64,000 bases of DNA from Alphaproteobacteria bacterium (GCA_965248815.1 CBDFKK010000006.1:300877-364876); one strand, 5' to 3'; shown: positions 21,393-34,242, counted from the first letter of the stretch. Made by a program: numbers and translations. Notes: generated by a model not told the origin, from the letters alone.

Positions 21393-22811
21393 ATGTTGCC
21401 AGCATCCGCACCGATAACGCGTTTTGCGCCCTCACCCACCGGTATGCTGCATATTGGATCGGCTCGAACGGCACTCTTCAATTGGCTCTTTGCCCGCCGC
21501 TATAGCGGCCGCTACCTCCTGCGCATCGAGGATACGGATCGAAAGCGATCTACTGATGCGGCCAAGTCCGCCATCTTGAATGGCCTCACTTGGCTGGGTC
21601 TCGATTGGGATGGGGATGAGATTTATCAATCGGAACGCTCCGATCGACATATCGAGGTTGCACAGAGCTTGCTCGATCAAGGCAGGGCCTATCCCTGCTA
21701 CTGCACTCCCGACGAACTAGAAGCGATGCGCCAGCGCGCGCGCGCGGAACAGCGACCGGCAGTCTATGACGGCACATGGCGTGACCGAGATCCTTCCGAA
21801 GCTCCTTCCGATATCAAGCCCGTCCTGCGTTTTCGCGCAAATCATGACGGCGAGACAATCATTCACGATCAAGTCCAAGGCGACGTTTCCGTCAGCAATA
21901 GTCAAATCGACGACTTGATTATGTTAAGAAGCGATGGGACACCAACCTACATACTGTCGGTCGTGGTCGACGATCATGACATGGAAGTGACCCACGTTAT
22001 TCGAGGCGACGATCATCTCACCAACGCCTTTCGCCAAAAGCAGATTTATGAAGCTCTCAGTTGGCAGCCCCCTGAATTTGCACACATCCCGCTGATACAT
22101 GGGCCTGACGGCGCCAAACTGTCCAAGCGCCACGGCGCCCTCGCCGTTGAAGCCTATCGTGACATGGGCTATTTGCCGGCCGCCTTGCGCAACTATTTGT
22201 TGCGTCTGGGCTGGTCGCACGGTGATGACGAAATCATCTCAACTGGACAAGCTCTTGAATGGTTCGATCTCGACGCGATCGGGAAATCTCCGGCTAGGTT
22301 CGACTTCGACAAACTCGATCATTTGAACGCTCACTATATGCGTGACACGCCAAACCAAGATCTGGCCGCGCTGGTCTCAGGAATTCTGAAGCAGCAAGGA
22401 ATAAAGCTAGACCACAAGGCTGAGAGTCGTTTGGTCAATTTAATGCCACAACTCAAAGAGCGTGCTAAAACCCTGCTAGACATTGCAAATAGCTGCACAT
22501 TCTTAATTGCGAAGAGACCTTTGGATTTAACAGAAAATGCCAAAAAACTGTTAGAAAATGAAACGAAGGAGATGCTTTTTACCCTATGGCAAGATTTAGA
22601 TGCGTCCGATCTTTGGTCGGCCGAGGCATTGGAAGCCCGCATTCGGGAATTTGCCGATAAAAAAGGGATGAAATTTGGCAAGGTAGCGCAGCCGCTGCGC
22701 GCTGCACTAACCGGTGGTCAACAGTCCCCTGGCATTTTCGATGTTATGGCTGCTCTCGGCCGTGAGGAATCACTGGGCCGCATTGCCGACCATGCAACGA
22801 CACCGAACTAA
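21393..22811 (+). CDS. gltX: Glutamate--tRNA ligase
   Basis: [30 protein letters not shown]; ATG 21393 preferred. Confidence 0.98.
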   Translation: MLPASAPITRFAPSPTGMLHIGSARTALFNWLFARRYSGRYLLRIEDTDRKRSTDAAKSAILNGLTWLGLDWDGDEIYQSERSDRHIEVAQSLLDQGRAYPCYCTPDELEAMRQRARAEQRPAVYDGTWRDRDPSEAPSDIKPVLRFRANHDGETIIHDQVQGDVSVSNSQIDDLIMLRSDGTPTYILSVVVDDHDMEVTHVIRGDDHLTNAFRQKQIYEALSWQPPEFAHIPLIHGPDGAKLSKRHGALAVEAYRDMGYLPAALRNYLLRLGWSHGDDEIISTGQALEWFDLDAIGKSPARFDFDKLDHLNAHYMRDTPNQDLAALVSGILKQQGIKLDHKAESRLVNLMPQLKERAKTLLDIANSCTFLIAKRPLDLTENAKKLLENETKEMLFTLWQDLDASDLWSAEALEARIREFADKKGMKFGKVAQPLRAALTGGQQSPGIFDVMAALGREESLGRIADHATTPN

Positions 22812-22870
22812 GCATTTTTGCAGGCGGCCTCAGCCGGCTCGATACATAACAATTTTGGAGCGACAAACAT

Positions 22871-24178
22871 ATGGTAGTTAAGGCGAAAGAGCTTGACGGT
22901 GGCGCGAAATTAGAATTTGGAGACAAGCAGATTGCGCTTCCGGTATTTCAGGGCAGTCTTGGTCCTGACGTTGTTGACGTGCGCAATCTGTATACAGAAA
23001 CAGGCGCTTTCACTTACGACCCTGGATTTACGTCCACTGCCAGCTGCGAATCCTCCATTACGTTTATCGACGGCGAAAAGGGTGTCTTGCTTTACCGTGG
23101 ATATCCCATTGATGAACTTGCCGAACAAGGCAGCTTTCTCGAAACTTGTTTTTTGCTGTTGTACGGCGAGCTTCCCAACAAAAAGCAAATGGATGAGTTC
23201 GACAAAGCCATCACCTATCACACCATGGTGCATGAGCAACTCACGAATTTCTTTAGAGGCTTTCGAAGAGACGCGCACCCCATGGCCATTATGGTTGGCG
23301 TGGTCGGGGCTCTTTCCGCTTTCTATCACGATTCAACGGACATTTCCGATCCGCACCAACGAATGATTGCAAGCCGGCGCATGATTGCAAAAATGCCGAC
23401 CATTGCTGCAATGGCCTTCAAATACTCCATCGGCCAGCCGTTCATCTATCCACGCAACAATTTGGACTATGCAGAAAACTTTTTGAATATGTGCTTTGGC
23501 GTGCCTGCCGAAGACTACAAACCGAGTCGGACATTGGCCCGCGCGATGGATCGCATATTCATCTTGCATGCCGACCATGAACAAAATGCTTCGACATCGA
23601 CGGTTCGGCTCGCGGGTTCATCGGGCGCTAATCCGTTTGCTTGTGTTGCCGCAGGTATTGCATGCCTTTGGGGTCCAGCCCATGGCGGCGCCAATGAGGC
23701 CGCCCTCAATATGTTGAGCGAAATCGGTACGGTCGATCGCATTCCCGAATATGTGCAACGGGCTAAAGATAAAGACGACCCCTTCCGCCTCATGGGCTTT
23801 GGTCATCGCGTTTACAAAAACTACGATCCGCGCGCGCGCGTCATGCAGCAGACTTGCCATGAAGTTTTAGATGAGTTGGGTATAGAGGACGATCCGCTTT
23901 TGGAAGTCGCTATGGAGCTCGAAAAAATCGCCTTAAATGACGAGTATTTTGTTGAAAAGAAATTGTATCCCAATATCGATTTCTATTCAGGCATCACGCT
24001 CAAAGCGTTGGGCTTTCCAACCACCATGTTCACCGTGCTCTTTGCCTTAGCACGAACCGTCGGCTGGATTGCGCAATGGGAAGAGATGATCGAAGACCCC
24101 AATCAGCGCATCGGGCGTCCAAGGCAGATTTATACAGGCGAAGGCAAACGCAGTTACGTGCCGCTATCCACAAGATAA
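22871..24178 (+). CDS. gltA: Citrate synthase
   Basis: [36 protein letters not shown]. Confidence 0.99.
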   Translation: MVVKAKELDGGAKLEFGDKQIALPVFQGSLGPDVVDVRNLYTETGAFTYDPGFTSTASCESSITFIDGEKGVLLYRGYPIDELAEQGSFLETCFLLLYGELPNKKQMDEFDKAITYHTMVHEQLTNFFRGFRRDAHPMAIMVGVVGALSAFYHDSTDISDPHQRMIASRRMIAKMPTIAAMAFKYSIGQPFIYPRNNLDYAENFLNMCFGVPAEDYKPSRTLARAMDRIFILHADHEQNASTSTVRLAGSSGANPFACVAAGIACLWGPAHGGANEAALNMLSEIGTVDRIPEYVQRAKDKDDPFRLMGFGHRVYKNYDPRARVMQQTCHEVLDELGIEDDPLLEVAMELEKIALNDEYFVEKKLYPNIDFYSGITLKALGFPTTMFTVLFALARTVGWIAQWEEMIEDPNQRIGRPRQIYTGEGKRSYVPLSTR

Positions 24179-24227
24179 GTCGTTAACGCCGGCTAAGTTT
24201 GGTGCTGACGGTCTTTAGGTGGCCCTA

Positions 24228-25433
24228 TTAACTTATGCCTACAATTTCAAGCACTGTCTTTGCTGCACGAATACTGGGTTTTTCGCCTTCAACCGTTAGT
24301 TCATCAACGACCGTTTCAAGCAGCGCAATCTGTGTCGCGCGGGCCTTTCTGTCCTGGAGCAATTTCTCCAGTGCATCGGCCATGAGTTCGGGTTGACAGT
24401 ACTCTTGCAAGAATTCCGGCACGACTTCGCGCCCCAATATCAAATTGGCAAGAGTAATAAAGCGTACCAAAATCAAGTGACGGTAAATCATGGCACCGAG
24501 CCGCCCGATCTTGTAACCGACAATCATCGGCACTCGTGCAATCGCAAGTTCAAGCGCGACGGTACCCGATGTAGCCAGCGCCACGGTGCTCGCATCGAAT
24601 GCTGCAAATCTCTCTTCCTCGCCTGTGACAATCGATGTCCGCCACGGCCATTCCTTTATGGCCTCGGCAACTTTGTCGTGAACGTTTGGCACGGTTGGGA
24701 TAACGACGCTGAAAGACACTTGTCGATCTGCTAACACATCAAGGGTTTGACGGAACAGTGGCAACATATATTTGATTTCGCCGCGACGGCTTCCCGGTAA
24801 TACGCAAATTAGAGTTTCGTCTTCAGGAATGTCATTCTGACGTCGAAACGTGCGACCGCTTCCGGCGACGGGATTGCGTTCAGTTACCGGGTGACCAATA
24901 TAAGTGGCCGGCAACGATGCCTTTTCATAATATGCGGGTTCGAATGGCAGCAATGTCATGACGTGATCGTAAGCGCGCGCCAATTTGAAAATTCTGTTAG
25001 GCCGGCTTCCCCAAATTTGGGGTGACACAAATTTGATAATGGGGTTCCTAAAATTTTTGTTCTTAAGTCTCTGGGCCAACCATTGATTGAATTCTCCGCT
25101 ATCGATCAACACAATCGCGTCTGGAATGGTTTCAAGCGCATGGTCTGCAATTTGACGAATTCGTTTCAAGTTGTTTGGGATCGTGCGAAGAACTTGTGAA
25201 ACCCCAATCAATGCAATCTGATCAAAATCGAAAAGGCTATTGAGGCCCTGACGTGCCATGATCGGACCGCCGACGCCGGAAAAAGTAATTTCACCATCGA
25301 ACAATTGCTTTAAGGCAACCATCAATTGCCCGCCAAGAGCATCCCCCGAAGGTTCACCCGCAACCAGCAAAACTTTGAGCCTATTGTTACTGGTAAGGCC
25401 TGAAGACGGTTGCAAATCTATTGAATTGGTCAC
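24228..25433 (-). CDS. lpxB: Lipid A disaccharide synthase
   Basis: VAGEPSGDALG, SPQIW, LPFE, GHP, LPGSR, SGTVALE. Confidence 0.96.
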   Translation of the reverse strand: MTNSIDLQPSSGLTSNNRLKVLLVAGEPSGDALGGQLMVALKQLFDGEITFSGVGGPIMARQGLNSLFDFDQIALIGVSQVLRTIPNNLKRIRQIADHALETIPDAIVLIDSGEFNQWLAQRLKNKNFRNPIIKFVSPQIWGSRPNRIFKLARAYDHVMTLLPFEPAYYEKASLPATYIGHPVTERNPVAGSGRTFRRQNDIPEDETLICVLPGSRRGEIKYMLPLFRQTLDVLADRQVSFSVVIPTVPNVHDKVAEAIKEWPWRTSIVTGEEERFAAFDASTVALATSGTVALELAIARVPMIVGYKIGRLGAMIYRHLILVRFITLANLILGREVVPEFLQEYCQPELMADALEKLLQDRKARATQIALLETVVDELTVEGEKPSIRAAKTVLEIVGIS

Positions 25434-26317
25434 TTTGTCGTTCTGTCGTACGGAAATCCGAAAACGAACATGCCATAATCGTCTGCAGCACGCCCAACGG
25501 CGTCTCGATCAATGACCAGCACTCCGCCCGCGGCACAAGCAATGCCAGCCAATCCGGCCTCTGCCGCTTTTTTTACAGTCCTGACGCCGATTACAGGCAG
25601 GTCAACACGCCGCTCTTGTTCGGGTTTTGGCATTTTTACGAAGACACCGCTGCGTTTCTCAGTGCTGCGGCTCTGGTCGCGTGAAAACCCCGCGCATCTT
25701 TCAAGCATGGCATCTGTGCCTTCCACGGCCTCTACGGCTAACACGTGCTGATGTCTCACAACTGCACCTTGGCCGATATCCAGTTGCCCTATCTGCTGAA
25801 CGACTTCAACTGCATATCGGATATCTTCAGAGTGTTCATCGGCCGGACGAATCTGACCCAAAGCACCTTCCTCCATAATGAGCTCGCTCAACACGTCGTT
25901 GATGCCGACAATTCTAAATCCTTCTTCTTCGAAAGCATCGACAACAAGCTTCATGATTGCGTCATCGCCACGCCGAAATATCTTTAAGATTTTTGCGACC
26001 AGAGTTGCGCCCGCACGGTCTACTTTTAAATTTTTAAAATTTGGGCGATGCACGCGGCCCGCCATAACGACATCGACACAATCTTCAGCTTGAAGAACTT
26101 TGTAGGTGTTTCCCATGGTGCCAAGCTGTGTCCAGCCATGCTCGAAAGATGTAATGTCCGCGTCCAATACAAGTCCTTCTATGCCGACTACAAAGTATGG
26201 CTTCTTGGCCGAGCGATAGGATTCCGCAATGAGCAACGGCAATCGCCCCTGTCCAGCAATAATGCCGAGTTTCGAAACCTTCGTTTCCTCGCCCGTGAAG
26301 GCAGTCGTGTCGCTCAA
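25430..26317 (-). CDS. lpxI: UDP-2,3-diacylglucosamine diphosphatase LpxI
   Basis: [33 protein letters not shown]; between lpxA and lpxB. Confidence 0.93.
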   Translation of the reverse strand: MSDTTAFTGEETKVSKLGIIAGQGRLPLLIAESYRSAKKPYFVVGIEGLVLDADITSFEHGWTQLGTMGNTYKVLQAEDCVDVVMAGRVHRPNFKNLKVDRAGATLVAKILKIFRRGDDAIMKLVVDAFEEEGFRIVGINDVLSELIMEEGALGQIRPADEHSEDIRYAVEVVQQIGQLDIGQGAVVRHQHVLAVEAVEGTDAMLERCAGFSRDQSRSTEKRSGVFVKMPKPEQERRVDLPVIGVRTVKKAAEAGLAGIACAAGGVLVIDRDAVGRAADDYGMFVFGFPYDRTTK

Positions 26318-27114
26318 TTGTCGGCATCCTGACTAGGCGGCAGGACGATCGATCGATTTGAGGCGCCTCGAATGAATTCTACGATCTCCATGACTTCGTG
26401 ATTGCTGGCGAACTGTAGAGCAACATCCTGGATCCGCTCTTGGAACATACCTTCTTGTGCAAAGAGTAGGCGGTAGGCATTGCGCAGATCATGAATCTTG
26501 TCGCGCGAAAGACCTCGCCGCTTCATACCAACGATATTGAGACCGACGAGGCGAGAAAAACCATGAACCGAACCGTAAGGGATAACGTCCGCTGTAACGG
26601 CAGACATACCGCCAATAAAAGCAAAATTGCCAATTCTGCTATGCTGCTGAACGGCCGACAGACCTCCCAGCATGACATGATTGCCCACTGTTACGTGTCC
26701 TCCCAAAGTGGCGTTGTTGGCAAATATCGCGTTGTCCCCAACGACACAATCGTGAGCGATATGGCTTCCAACCATAAAGTATCCGTTATTACCGACGATG
26801 GTCTCGTTATTGTCCAAAGCGGTACCGGGATTCATTGTCACATGTTCTCGAATAACATTGCTTTCGCCGATGACGAGCCTGGTTTTTTCTCCTTCATATT
26901 TCAAATGTTGAGGCGGATGTCCCAGCGAAGCAAAAGGATAAATCACACATCCCTTGCCGATGTGTGTATTGCCCGATACGACAACATGGGAGACTAGGCG
27001 AACGCCATCTTCCATTTTGACATCCGGCCCAACGACACAATACGGGCCAACGTCCACATCCTGCCCGAGCTGCGCACCGTCCTCGATAATGGCTGTCGGA
27101 TGGACGCTTCTCAT
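26314..27114 (-). CDS. lpxA: UDP-N-acetylglucosamine acyltransferase
   Basis: Hexapeptide repeats, [22 protein letters not shown]. Confidence 0.97.
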   Translation of the reverse strand: MRSVHPTAIIEDGAQLGQDVDVGPYCVVGPDVKMEDGVRLVSHVVVSGNTHIGKGCVIYPFASLGHPPQHLKYEGEKTRLVIGESNVIREHVTMNPGTALDNNETIVGNNGYFMVGSHIAHDCVVGDNAIFANNATLGGHVTVGNHVMLGGLSAVQQHSRIGNFAFIGGMSAVTADVIPYGSVHGFSRLVGLNIVGMKRRGLSRDKIHDLRNAYRLLFAQEGMFQERIQDVALQFASNHEVMEIVEFIRGASNRSIVLPPSQDADN

Positions 27115-27611
27115 AATTGCCTCTGTTGTTCATTTCGGTCGACGGCCATTGCCGCATAGTCTGCTTCCACAGCGACTTGGCCGTTAACCAGCGCTTTGCC
27201 TCGGAATTTGCGGACCGGACCGTGAGATCTAACCAGCTCGATCGGAATTCTAAGTGTGTCGCCCGGCACGACGGGTCTGCGAAAACGAGCTCTGTCGATC
27301 GACATAAAGAAAGCAAGCTTGTCTTCCATAGTCTCCGGTTCGGAAAATACCGACAATGCGATTGCTGTTTGCGCCATCGCCTCGATTATGAGAACGCCTG
27401 GCATTACTGGACGTTCGGGAAAGTGGCCTTGAAAAAATGGTTCGTTAATCGTCACATTCTTAATGCCAGTTGCCGATTTACCCGCCCGCAAATCCTCTAT
27501 TCGATCGATCATTAAGAACGGATATCGATGCGGCAAAAGCTGCATCAACCGCTCGATGTCTGCGCTTTCAACAATTTCTTCTCTTAAGTCGCTTACCATT
27601 TCATCAGACAT
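27111..27611 (-). CDS. fabZ: 3-hydroxyacyl-ACP dehydratase
   Basis: [30 protein letters not shown]; start at 27611 or 27599. Confidence 0.97.
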   Translation of the reverse strand: MSDEMVSDLREEIVESADIERLMQLLPHRYPFLMIDRIEDLRAGKSATGIKNVTINEPFFQGHFPERPVMPGVLIIEAMAQTAIALSVFSEPETMEDKLAFFMSIDRARFRRPVVPGDTLRIPIELVRSHGPVRKFRGKALVNGQVAVEADYAAMAVDRNEQQRQL

Positions 27612-27646
27612 CGAACTATTCTCTGGTTCTTGAATGAACAATCTTG

Positions 27647-28675
27647 TTAGCTTTTGCGCTTCGGCTTCTTGGCCAAACGTCTCAGTGTGGCTACCTCTCG
27701 CCGCCATTCTGCAATTGGCCTGGCTGGAAAACCACCATAGGCGAAACCTCCTGACAGATCGTTTGTCACACCGGATCTGGCGGCCACTTGAGCACCTTCA
27801 CCAATCTTCACATGATCAGCCACACCAACTTTTCCGCCCAACACAACATGATCTTCTAACACGACGCTGCCAGATAGGCCCACTTGGGAGACAAGGATAC
27901 AATTCCGACCAATTCTGCAATTGTGCCCAATCTGAACCAGATTATCTATTTTTGTCCCTGCGCCGATCACCGTGTCATCCGCCGCTCCACGATCGATGGT
28001 CGAGTTGGCCCCTATTTCAACATCGTCTTGAATGATAACTCGTCCCACTTGAGGGATTTTGACATGTCCGGCTGAACTCGAAGCGTAGCCAAATCCATCT
28101 TGGCCAATTTGGGAGCCGTTGTGAATTCTTACATTGTCGCCAATCAGGCAATAGCAAAGGGAAACGTTGTGTCCGACATAGCTGTTCGCACCAACTCTGA
28201 CCCCCGATGCCAAGACGGAGTTAGCGCCGACAAAGCAATCGTCTCCAATCTCAACGTCGTCTTCAATCGTCGCGCCGGCCGACACGACGCAGCGGTTTCC
28301 AAGGCGTGCTCCGGCAGCGATATTGGCTTGATTGCTGATGACGGGGGACGCCGGCGGCCCGGTTAGAACGCGCGAAGCTACCAAGGCATATGCTTTTTCG
28401 GGATCAGCTGTCCTCAACACGCACATGGACTTTGGTGCGCCGTTGGCATGCGCGGCTTTAATAAAGCAGGCGCCAGCTCGTGATGAAACAAGATCCTTTA
28501 GATATTTTTCCTCACTAACGAAGCTAATATCTGCCCCGGTAGCAAGATGAAGCGGCGCCGCACCAAAGATTAATTGCTGAGGATCCGCGCCCGACGGCAA
28601 ATCTGCTTCCGTAAGCTCGGCAATTGCCTCAAGCGTCAGCGGCGTTGTCTTGGGATAGAACCGATGATCCAACAT
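27647..28675 (-). CDS. lpxD: UDP-3-O-acyl-glucosamine N-acyltransferase
   Basis: [30 protein letters not shown]. Confidence 0.97.
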   Translation of the reverse strand: MLDHRFYPKTTPLTLEAIAELTEADLPSGADPQQLIFGAAPLHLATGADISFVSEEKYLKDLVSSRAGACFIKAAHANGAPKSMCVLRTADPEKAYALVASRVLTGPPASPVISNQANIAAGARLGNRCVVSAGATIEDDVEIGDDCFVGANSVLASGVRVGANSYVGHNVSLCYCLIGDNVRIHNGSQIGQDGFGYASSSAGHVKIPQVGRVIIQDDVEIGANSTIDRGAADDTVIGAGTKIDNLVQIGHNCRIGRNCILVSQVGLSGSVVLEDHVVLGGKVGVADHVKIGEGAQVAARSGVTNDLSGGFAYGGFPARPIAEWRREVATLRRLAKKPKRKS

Positions 28676-28767
28676 TTCGCCGCCAGACTATGCTCAACGC
28701 GCCTCGTTAAGCAACGAAACTGTTGGCTCATGACCCATGTCACTTAGCGCTGGACGAGCGCGGCCTT

Positions 28768-29403
28768 TTATTCTGCGGTGGTTTGTGTGACCTCGCCGCT
28801 ATCTGAGACCTCAAGCTTCACCCGCTCAAGCTTAACTTCCTTCAGCTTTTCATTGAGCCGCTTCAGCGCAACGGGAGTGACGTCGATATCTGGGATTGCG
28901 AACATCACGTTTGAGCGGTCGACTAAAATTGTCGCTGATCGCTCAGTTATGATGTCTCCGAGGATAGGCTCGAGGGCCTTGCCAATTTCAGCTTGAGCGT
29001 TAGCTAAGGATGCCTGAAATTCCCTATTCTTGATCTGCTGAGTGACCTCGAAATCCCGTTGCTTTATTTGCAATTTCTCAGCTCGCTCCTGCAAAACTTC
29101 AGGAGCCAGCAAAGATTGCTGGGAGATCAATTGCTCTTCTTCTTTTTTAAGTTCGTCAAATTCGCCCTGGAGTTCCTTGGCAATCGTTTCCTGAAGTCCC
29201 TTGGCCTGTTCGGCAATATTCTTACCGGCATCAGATTCACCAAGCAGCTGTGCCCGGTCGATAACCAGAATGATAGGTATCGTCACCTGGGCTTCGGCCC
29301 TGGGGATGAATGAGCCGATCCCAGCCCCTGCAACTGCAATGGTAGAAAGTCCAATGATGGCGGCAGTGATACGCACTGCTTTGAGTTGCCAAATACTTGT
29401 CAT
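28768..29403 (-). CDS. skp: OmpH/Skp family periplasmic chaperone
   Basis: Signal-like N terminus, coiled-coil body, IDVT near C terminus, between bamA and lpxD. Confidence 0.85.
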   Translation of the reverse strand: MTSIWQLKAVRITAAIIGLSTIAVAGAGIGSFIPRAEAQVTIPIILVIDRAQLLGESDAGKNIAEQAKGLQETIAKELQGEFDELKKEEEQLISQQSLLAPEVLQERAEKLQIKQRDFEVTQQIKNREFQASLANAQAEIGKALEPILGDIITERSATILVDRSNVMFAIPDIDVTPVALKRLNEKLKEVKLERVKLEVSDSGEVTQTTAE

Positions 29404-29405
29404 GT

Positions 29406-31724
29406 TTAAAACCTCGTGCCGGCGCTGAATCTAAAGCTCTCTGTTTTGTCGTAGTCCTCTTTAAGAAAAGCGTGACCAAAGTCAAGTCGTACCGGTCCAA
29501 AAGGCGAATCCCAGAAGATACTTACGCCTGCTGAGCCTCTGAGACCCAGATCATCGACAATGCCCGGCGCCAAATCAGCATCATCCAATTGTCCTAAAGT
29601 TCCAAAATCGGCAAAGAGCGCCGCCTTGATGCCGAATTCTTCTGGCAAGCCCAGAGGAAAAGTCAATTCGACGGTGCTTATGCCGTATAATTTGCCGCCC
29701 AAAGCGTCGTCAGTAAGCAAGTCCCTGGGGCCAATGCCCGAGACTTCAAAGCCTCTAAAACTTCCACCACCCTTGTAGAACCGGTCATTAAGGCGGACAT
29801 CTTTTCCTCCCCAGCCCTGAATGTAACCCCCGGTGACCGTCAGGCTCGCAACTACACCTTCGAACAGACCGTAATAGAGGCCGCCGCCGACTTCGCTGCG
29901 GATATAGCGCACGCTGCCACCGACGCCGGCAAAGTCCTGCGAGAATGTCGCTTCCCAGCCCCTCGTCGGTTCGATGGGGTCGTTTCGCTTGTCGATCGTG
30001 TAGGTATAACCGATCACTGACGTCGTCTGCTTGCCACGCTGATCGCACACCCTTATCGAAATAATTCCCGACGTACACAGAAAATCAGATACTTCAATGT
30101 CGTCCTGTCTGAACGTGTAGCGCAGTCCTAGACTTGAATATTCCGTCAGCGGAAATCCGGTCCGAAGACCAATGCCGCGGCTTTGCGTTTTAAAGCCGGA
30201 TTCTTGTTCGAAATCCGTTCTGACCTGAAAAATATCGAAGCCCGCAGCGAGCTGACGGTCCAAAAAGTAGGGTTCCGTAAAGCGGAGATCGATTTGCTGC
30301 CGCCTGCCGCTAACGGTTAGCCGAAGGCGCAGAAACTGTCCGCGTCCTAACAAATTCCGTTCGGTAATGCTAAAGTCGGCAATGAAGTTATCTGTCGATG
30401 AAAAACCCGCACCAATCGAAAGTTCACCGGTCGATTGTTCTTGGAGTTGAACGTTGATGACGGTCTTGTCTCCCGCCGTTCCGGGTTCCTCAGTGACCTC
30501 GACTTCACTGAAATAGTTCAAACCTCTAACGCGAATGCGTGATCGCTCAATCAAGATCTTGTTATACGCATCCCCTTCGACCAAACGAAATTCCCGGCGA
30601 ACAACGCGGTCAAGCGTACGTACGTTGCCATTGATATTGATCCGCTCAACATAGACGCGCGGGCCTTCCGCCATCTGAAACAAAATATCGATGACAAGTG
30701 CGTCTCGATCCCGGCGCAAGCGAGGTTTGACATCGACGAAGGCATAACCAGCCGCGCCTGCCGCAAACGTTAGCGACTCGACGATTTCATCAATTTGATC
30801 TGCGTTGTAGGTATCACCCTCTTCGAACGACACCAACCTTAGAAGCGCATCCGAGTTCAGGGCTTCCAATTCTGTTTCTATGTCCACCGTGCCAAATTTG
30901 TATCGCTCTCCCTCTTCGACAGCGATTGTAATAATAAAGTCTTCACGGTCGCGCGTCAGCTCGGCAACGGCGGAGATTACCCTAAAGTCGGCATAGCCTT
31001 TTGACAGATAAAATTGGCGTAGTTGTTCCCGGTCAAATGCCAAGCGGTCCGGGTCATAGTTGTCATTCGTCTCAAGCAGATTCCACCATTTCGATTCTGC
31101 AGTCGCCACGACGTCTTTCAAATCGCCATCGTCAAACCGTTCATTGCCAATAATATTGATTTTGCGAACGCCAGTAACAGGTCCCTCGCTGATCTCAAAA
31201 ACCAAATCGACGCGATTTTGAGGCAGCTGAATAACTTTCGGATTGACGGTCGCCGCAAATCGGCCTTTGCGGCGATACATCTCAATAATTTTTTGAACGT
31301 CAGTCTGAACTTTTGCGCGCGTGTAAACGATGCGCGGCTTCAATTGAATTTCTTCGACAATGTCGTCGTCATCGAGGGCCTTGTTATTTTCAAATGCGAT
31401 GCGATTGATAATTGGGTTTTCGACGATGGCGACGATAAGGTCGAAATCGCGGCGCAGGATAGCGACATCGGCAAATAGTCCGGTCGCAAATAGCGTCTTT
31501 AGCGATAAATCAATTGTAAGAGGATCGAAATCATCTCCGGGCTCAATCACCAAATAGGAAACGACTGTAGCCGCCTCGATGCGCTGATTTCCTTCCACCA
31601 GAATCCGGCTGATCCTTCCACCAGCAGCAAAGTCACTTTGGGCCCAGCTGCTAGATGTCCATGAAAATAAGACCAGTAAGCCTGCAATGGTGAGATGGAG
31701 CACATTTCTGCTGAAGCTCATCAT
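29406..31724 (-). CDS. bamA: Outer membrane protein assembly factor BamA
   Basis: POTRA repeats (GNQRIE, GNVRTLD), FRGF motif, WDSPFGP, terminal Phe. Confidence 0.98.
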   Translation of the reverse strand: MMSFSRNVLHLTIAGLLVLFSWTSSSWAQSDFAAGGRISRILVEGNQRIEAATVVSYLVIEPGDDFDPLTIDLSLKTLFATGLFADVAILRRDFDLIVAIVENPIINRIAFENNKALDDDDIVEEIQLKPRIVYTRAKVQTDVQKIIEMYRRKGRFAATVNPKVIQLPQNRVDLVFEISEGPVTGVRKINIIGNERFDDGDLKDVVATAESKWWNLLETNDNYDPDRLAFDREQLRQFYLSKGYADFRVISAVAELTRDREDFIITIAVEEGERYKFGTVDIETELEALNSDALLRLVSFEEGDTYNADQIDEIVESLTFAAGAAGYAFVDVKPRLRRDRDALVIDILFQMAEGPRVYVERININGNVRTLDRVVRREFRLVEGDAYNKILIERSRIRVRGLNYFSEVEVTEEPGTAGDKTVINVQLQEQSTGELSIGAGFSSTDNFIADFSITERNLLGRGQFLRLRLTVSGRRQQIDLRFTEPYFLDRQLAAGFDIFQVRTDFEQESGFKTQSRGIGLRTGFPLTEYSSLGLRYTFRQDDIEVSDFLCTSGIISIRVCDQRGKQTTSVIGYTYTIDKRNDPIEPTRGWEATFSQDFAGVGGSVRYIRSEVGGGLYYGLFEGVVASLTVTGGYIQGWGGKDVRLNDRFYKGGGSFRGFEVSGIGPRDLLTDDALGGKLYGISTVELTFPLGLPEEFGIKAALFADFGTLGQLDDADLAPGIVDDLGLRGSAGVSIFWDSPFGPVRLDFGHAFLKEDYDKTESFRFSAGTRF

Positions 31725-31763
31725 TGATTGGATACGCCCCTCTAATATTACCTAGCTTACGGC

Positions 31764-32939
31764 CTACAAAAGAATCCCCATGAGGCCGTTAAAAATAGGA
31801 AGGTGAACAAGATCATTCCATGTTGCAAAGATCATTAGACAAAGGACAAGCGCAAGACCGACTCGAAAGCCGAATTCTTGTGCCCGTTCGTTGAGGGGTT
31901 TTCCAGCGACGGCTTCGTAGCCGTAATAAAGGAGGTGGCCTCCGTCTAACATTGGGATCGGAAACAAATTAATCAGTCCAATGCTAACCGATAAAATCGC
32001 GCAAAGTTGAATGAGCGCCGAGAGCCCGACACTTGCAACCTGACCCGAATACTGAGCGATGCGCAACGGACCACCCAATTGGTCCGTATCTTCTTTGCCC
32101 GCGATAATTCGACCGATGTAGACAAACGTCCGCTCTATGACCAACCAAGTTTCTTCCGCGCCCATCCATAGCGCGACAAAAGGGTTGTATCTGACGCGCT
32201 CAACTTCTTCTTGAATTTTGCGGCTGACCCCCAACAGGCCAACACGGTGCACATTGCCGAATTGATCGGTAATCTCGCCGCGCTTTGGAGTGACTTCAAA
32301 TGTAAGTAACTCCGGTCCGCGACGAACGATTATTTCGAGTGCCGTATCAGCACTCAAACTTACGATACGTTGTAGATCCGAGAATGAGTCAATCCGAGTG
32401 CCGTCGATTTCTTCAACAATGTCGCCGACTTGAATACCCGCCTCTTCCGCAGCACTCCCCGGCTGAATATCATCAACCTCTGCCGTCAAGACTTGTTCAC
32501 CAATAACGGAGAACAAAAAGGTAAAAATGAAAATTGCCAAGACGAAGTTAGCGATCGGTCCCGCAGCAACTATGAGAGCCCTTTGGTATAACGGTTTAAA
32601 ATGAAAACACCCGGCGCGCTCTTCATCCGTCATTGACGATTTTTGTTGAGCCAAAGTTTCCCGGTCAGGCGTGCTCGCTGAATTTTCATCGCCAAAAAAT
32701 TTGACGTAGCCCCCTAAGGGTAGCCAACTGATCCGCCAGCGCGTTCCCGATCGATCAAACCATCCGAATATCTCTCGACCAAATCCGATGGAAAAAACGT
32801 CGATTCGTGTTTTGAAAATCCGCGCAACCCCGAAGTGACCGAGCTCGTGAAAGAACACCACGATTGTTAGAACGGCAACAAATGGCACGAGGTAGGAAAA
32901 GAATGACCATACGTAGCCAAAGTAAATAGAAAAATCCAT
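31764..32939 (-). CDS. rseP: RIP metalloprotease RseP
   Basis: HELGH, GGYV, AGPIAN, PDZ region, NLFPIPMLDGGH; ATG 32939 preferred. Confidence 0.97.
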   Translation of the reverse strand: MDFSIYFGYVWSFFSYLVPFVAVLTIVVFFHELGHFGVARIFKTRIDVFSIGFGREIFGWFDRSGTRWRISWLPLGGYVKFFGDENSASTPDRETLAQQKSSMTDEERAGCFHFKPLYQRALIVAAGPIANFVLAIFIFTFLFSVIGEQVLTAEVDDIQPGSAAEEAGIQVGDIVEEIDGTRIDSFSDLQRIVSLSADTALEIIVRRGPELLTFEVTPKRGEITDQFGNVHRVGLLGVSRKIQEEVERVRYNPFVALWMGAEETWLVIERTFVYIGRIIAGKEDTDQLGGPLRIAQYSGQVASVGLSALIQLCAILSVSIGLINLFPIPMLDGGHLLYYGYEAVAGKPLNERAQEFGFRVGLALVLCLMIFATWNDLVHLPIFNGLMGILL

Positions 32940-32946
32940 GAGGCGC

Positions 32947-34242
32947 TCACATTCTCCCTGACGCACTAGACCGTTCGCTGACACGGAATTCCGCTTCAGC
33001 TCGCGCTCGTGCGTCTAAATCAGTCACATCTTCAAAGCTGTTGAGATGTGGCCCCCCCTGCCCCCGAGATAGCTCTTCAACGGTGCGCTCGACGATTGCA
33101 ACGATATCGAGAAAGCCGATGCGTCGATCGAGAAATCCTCGAACTGCCACTTCATTTGCGGCGTTGAGAATAGTAGGCGCGCCTCCTCCGCTTTGCAAGC
33201 ATTGACGGGCCAGAGAAATGGCGGGAAATCGCTGATTATCTGGTGATTCAAAGGTCAGAGTCCCGACCTCGCCGAGGTTCAATCGCGGTGAGGGAGCAGG
33301 TATTCTTTCCGGCCACGCCAAAGTGCTGGCAATCGGTGTGCGCATGTCGGGTGTCCCAAGTTGGGCCAATACGGAACCGTCTATGTATCGCACTAAACTG
33401 TGCACAATAGATTGAGGATGAACCAACACCTCGATTCTCTCGTGATCGACGGGAAATAGGTGCGCGGCTTCAATCAATTCTAGGCCCTTGTTCATCATGG
33501 TTGCAGAATCGACAGATATTTTTGCACCCATGGACCAGTTCGGATGAGCGACGGCCTGCTCCGGCGTCGCCGATTTCATGTCTTCGAGTTCGGCGGTTCG
33601 AAACGGTCCACCGGATGCAGTCAGAATTAAACCTTCGACGGTTTCGGAGTGCTCATAATCGAAGACTTGAAAAATTGCGTTGTGCTCCGAATCGACCGGG
33701 AGCAGCGTTGCGCCGGTCTCACCGACGGCTTTCATAAACAAAGGTCCCGCACAAACCAGACACTCTTTGTTTGCCAGCGCCACAGCTGCTCCTCGTTGCA
33801 CAGCCTTAAGCGTGGGCGGCAAGCCCGCTGCACCGACAATGGCAGCCATCACCCAATCGGCAGGCCGATCCGCCGCTTCAACAAGCGCGCCGCGGCCAGC
33901 GGCCGACTCAACGCCGGTTCCATCAAGGCCTTCCTTGAGACGATCAAACAGGCTCGCATCTCCAATCACGGCGGTCTTGGGCCTGAACTCTCGTGCCTGC
34001 TCGATCAATAACTCTACGTTCTTTTGTGCCGTAAGCGCTTGAATGGGAAAAGCGTCCTGACCGACCGCCTGTCTGGCGCGTGAAATAAGATCGAGGGTGT
34101 TGCAGCCAACCGATCCTGTCGATCCCAAAACCGTAATCGTGCGGCTTGTCAGGGCTGGTCCGGGCCATTGATCGATTGTCGAATTGCTTCGAGAGATAAT
34201 GTCCATGGTTTCAGGCCCGACGAAGATATCAAAATCGACCAC
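32947..34242 (-). CDS. dxr: 1-deoxy-D-xylulose-5-phosphate reductoisomerase (start may be ATG 34206)
   Basis: [42 protein letters not shown]. Confidence 0.98.
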   Translation of the reverse strand: MVDFDIFVGPETMDIISRSNSTIDQWPGPALTSRTITVLGSTGSVGCNTLDLISRARQAVGQDAFPIQALTAQKNVELLIEQAREFRPKTAVIGDASLFDRLKEGLDGTGVESAAGRGALVEAADRPADWVMAAIVGAAGLPPTLKAVQRGAAVALANKECLVCAGPLFMKAVGETGATLLPVDSEHNAIFQVFDYEHSETVEGLILTASGGPFRTAELEDMKSATPEQAVAHPNWSMGAKISVDSATMMNKGLELIEAAHLFPVDHERIEVLVHPQSIVHSLVRYIDGSVLAQLGTPDMRTPIASTLAWPERIPAPSPRLNLGEVGTLTFESPDNQRFPAISLARQCLQSGGGAPTILNAANEVAVRGFLDRRIGFLDIVAIVERTVEELSRGQGGPHLNSFEDVTDLDARARAEAEFRVSERSSASGRM

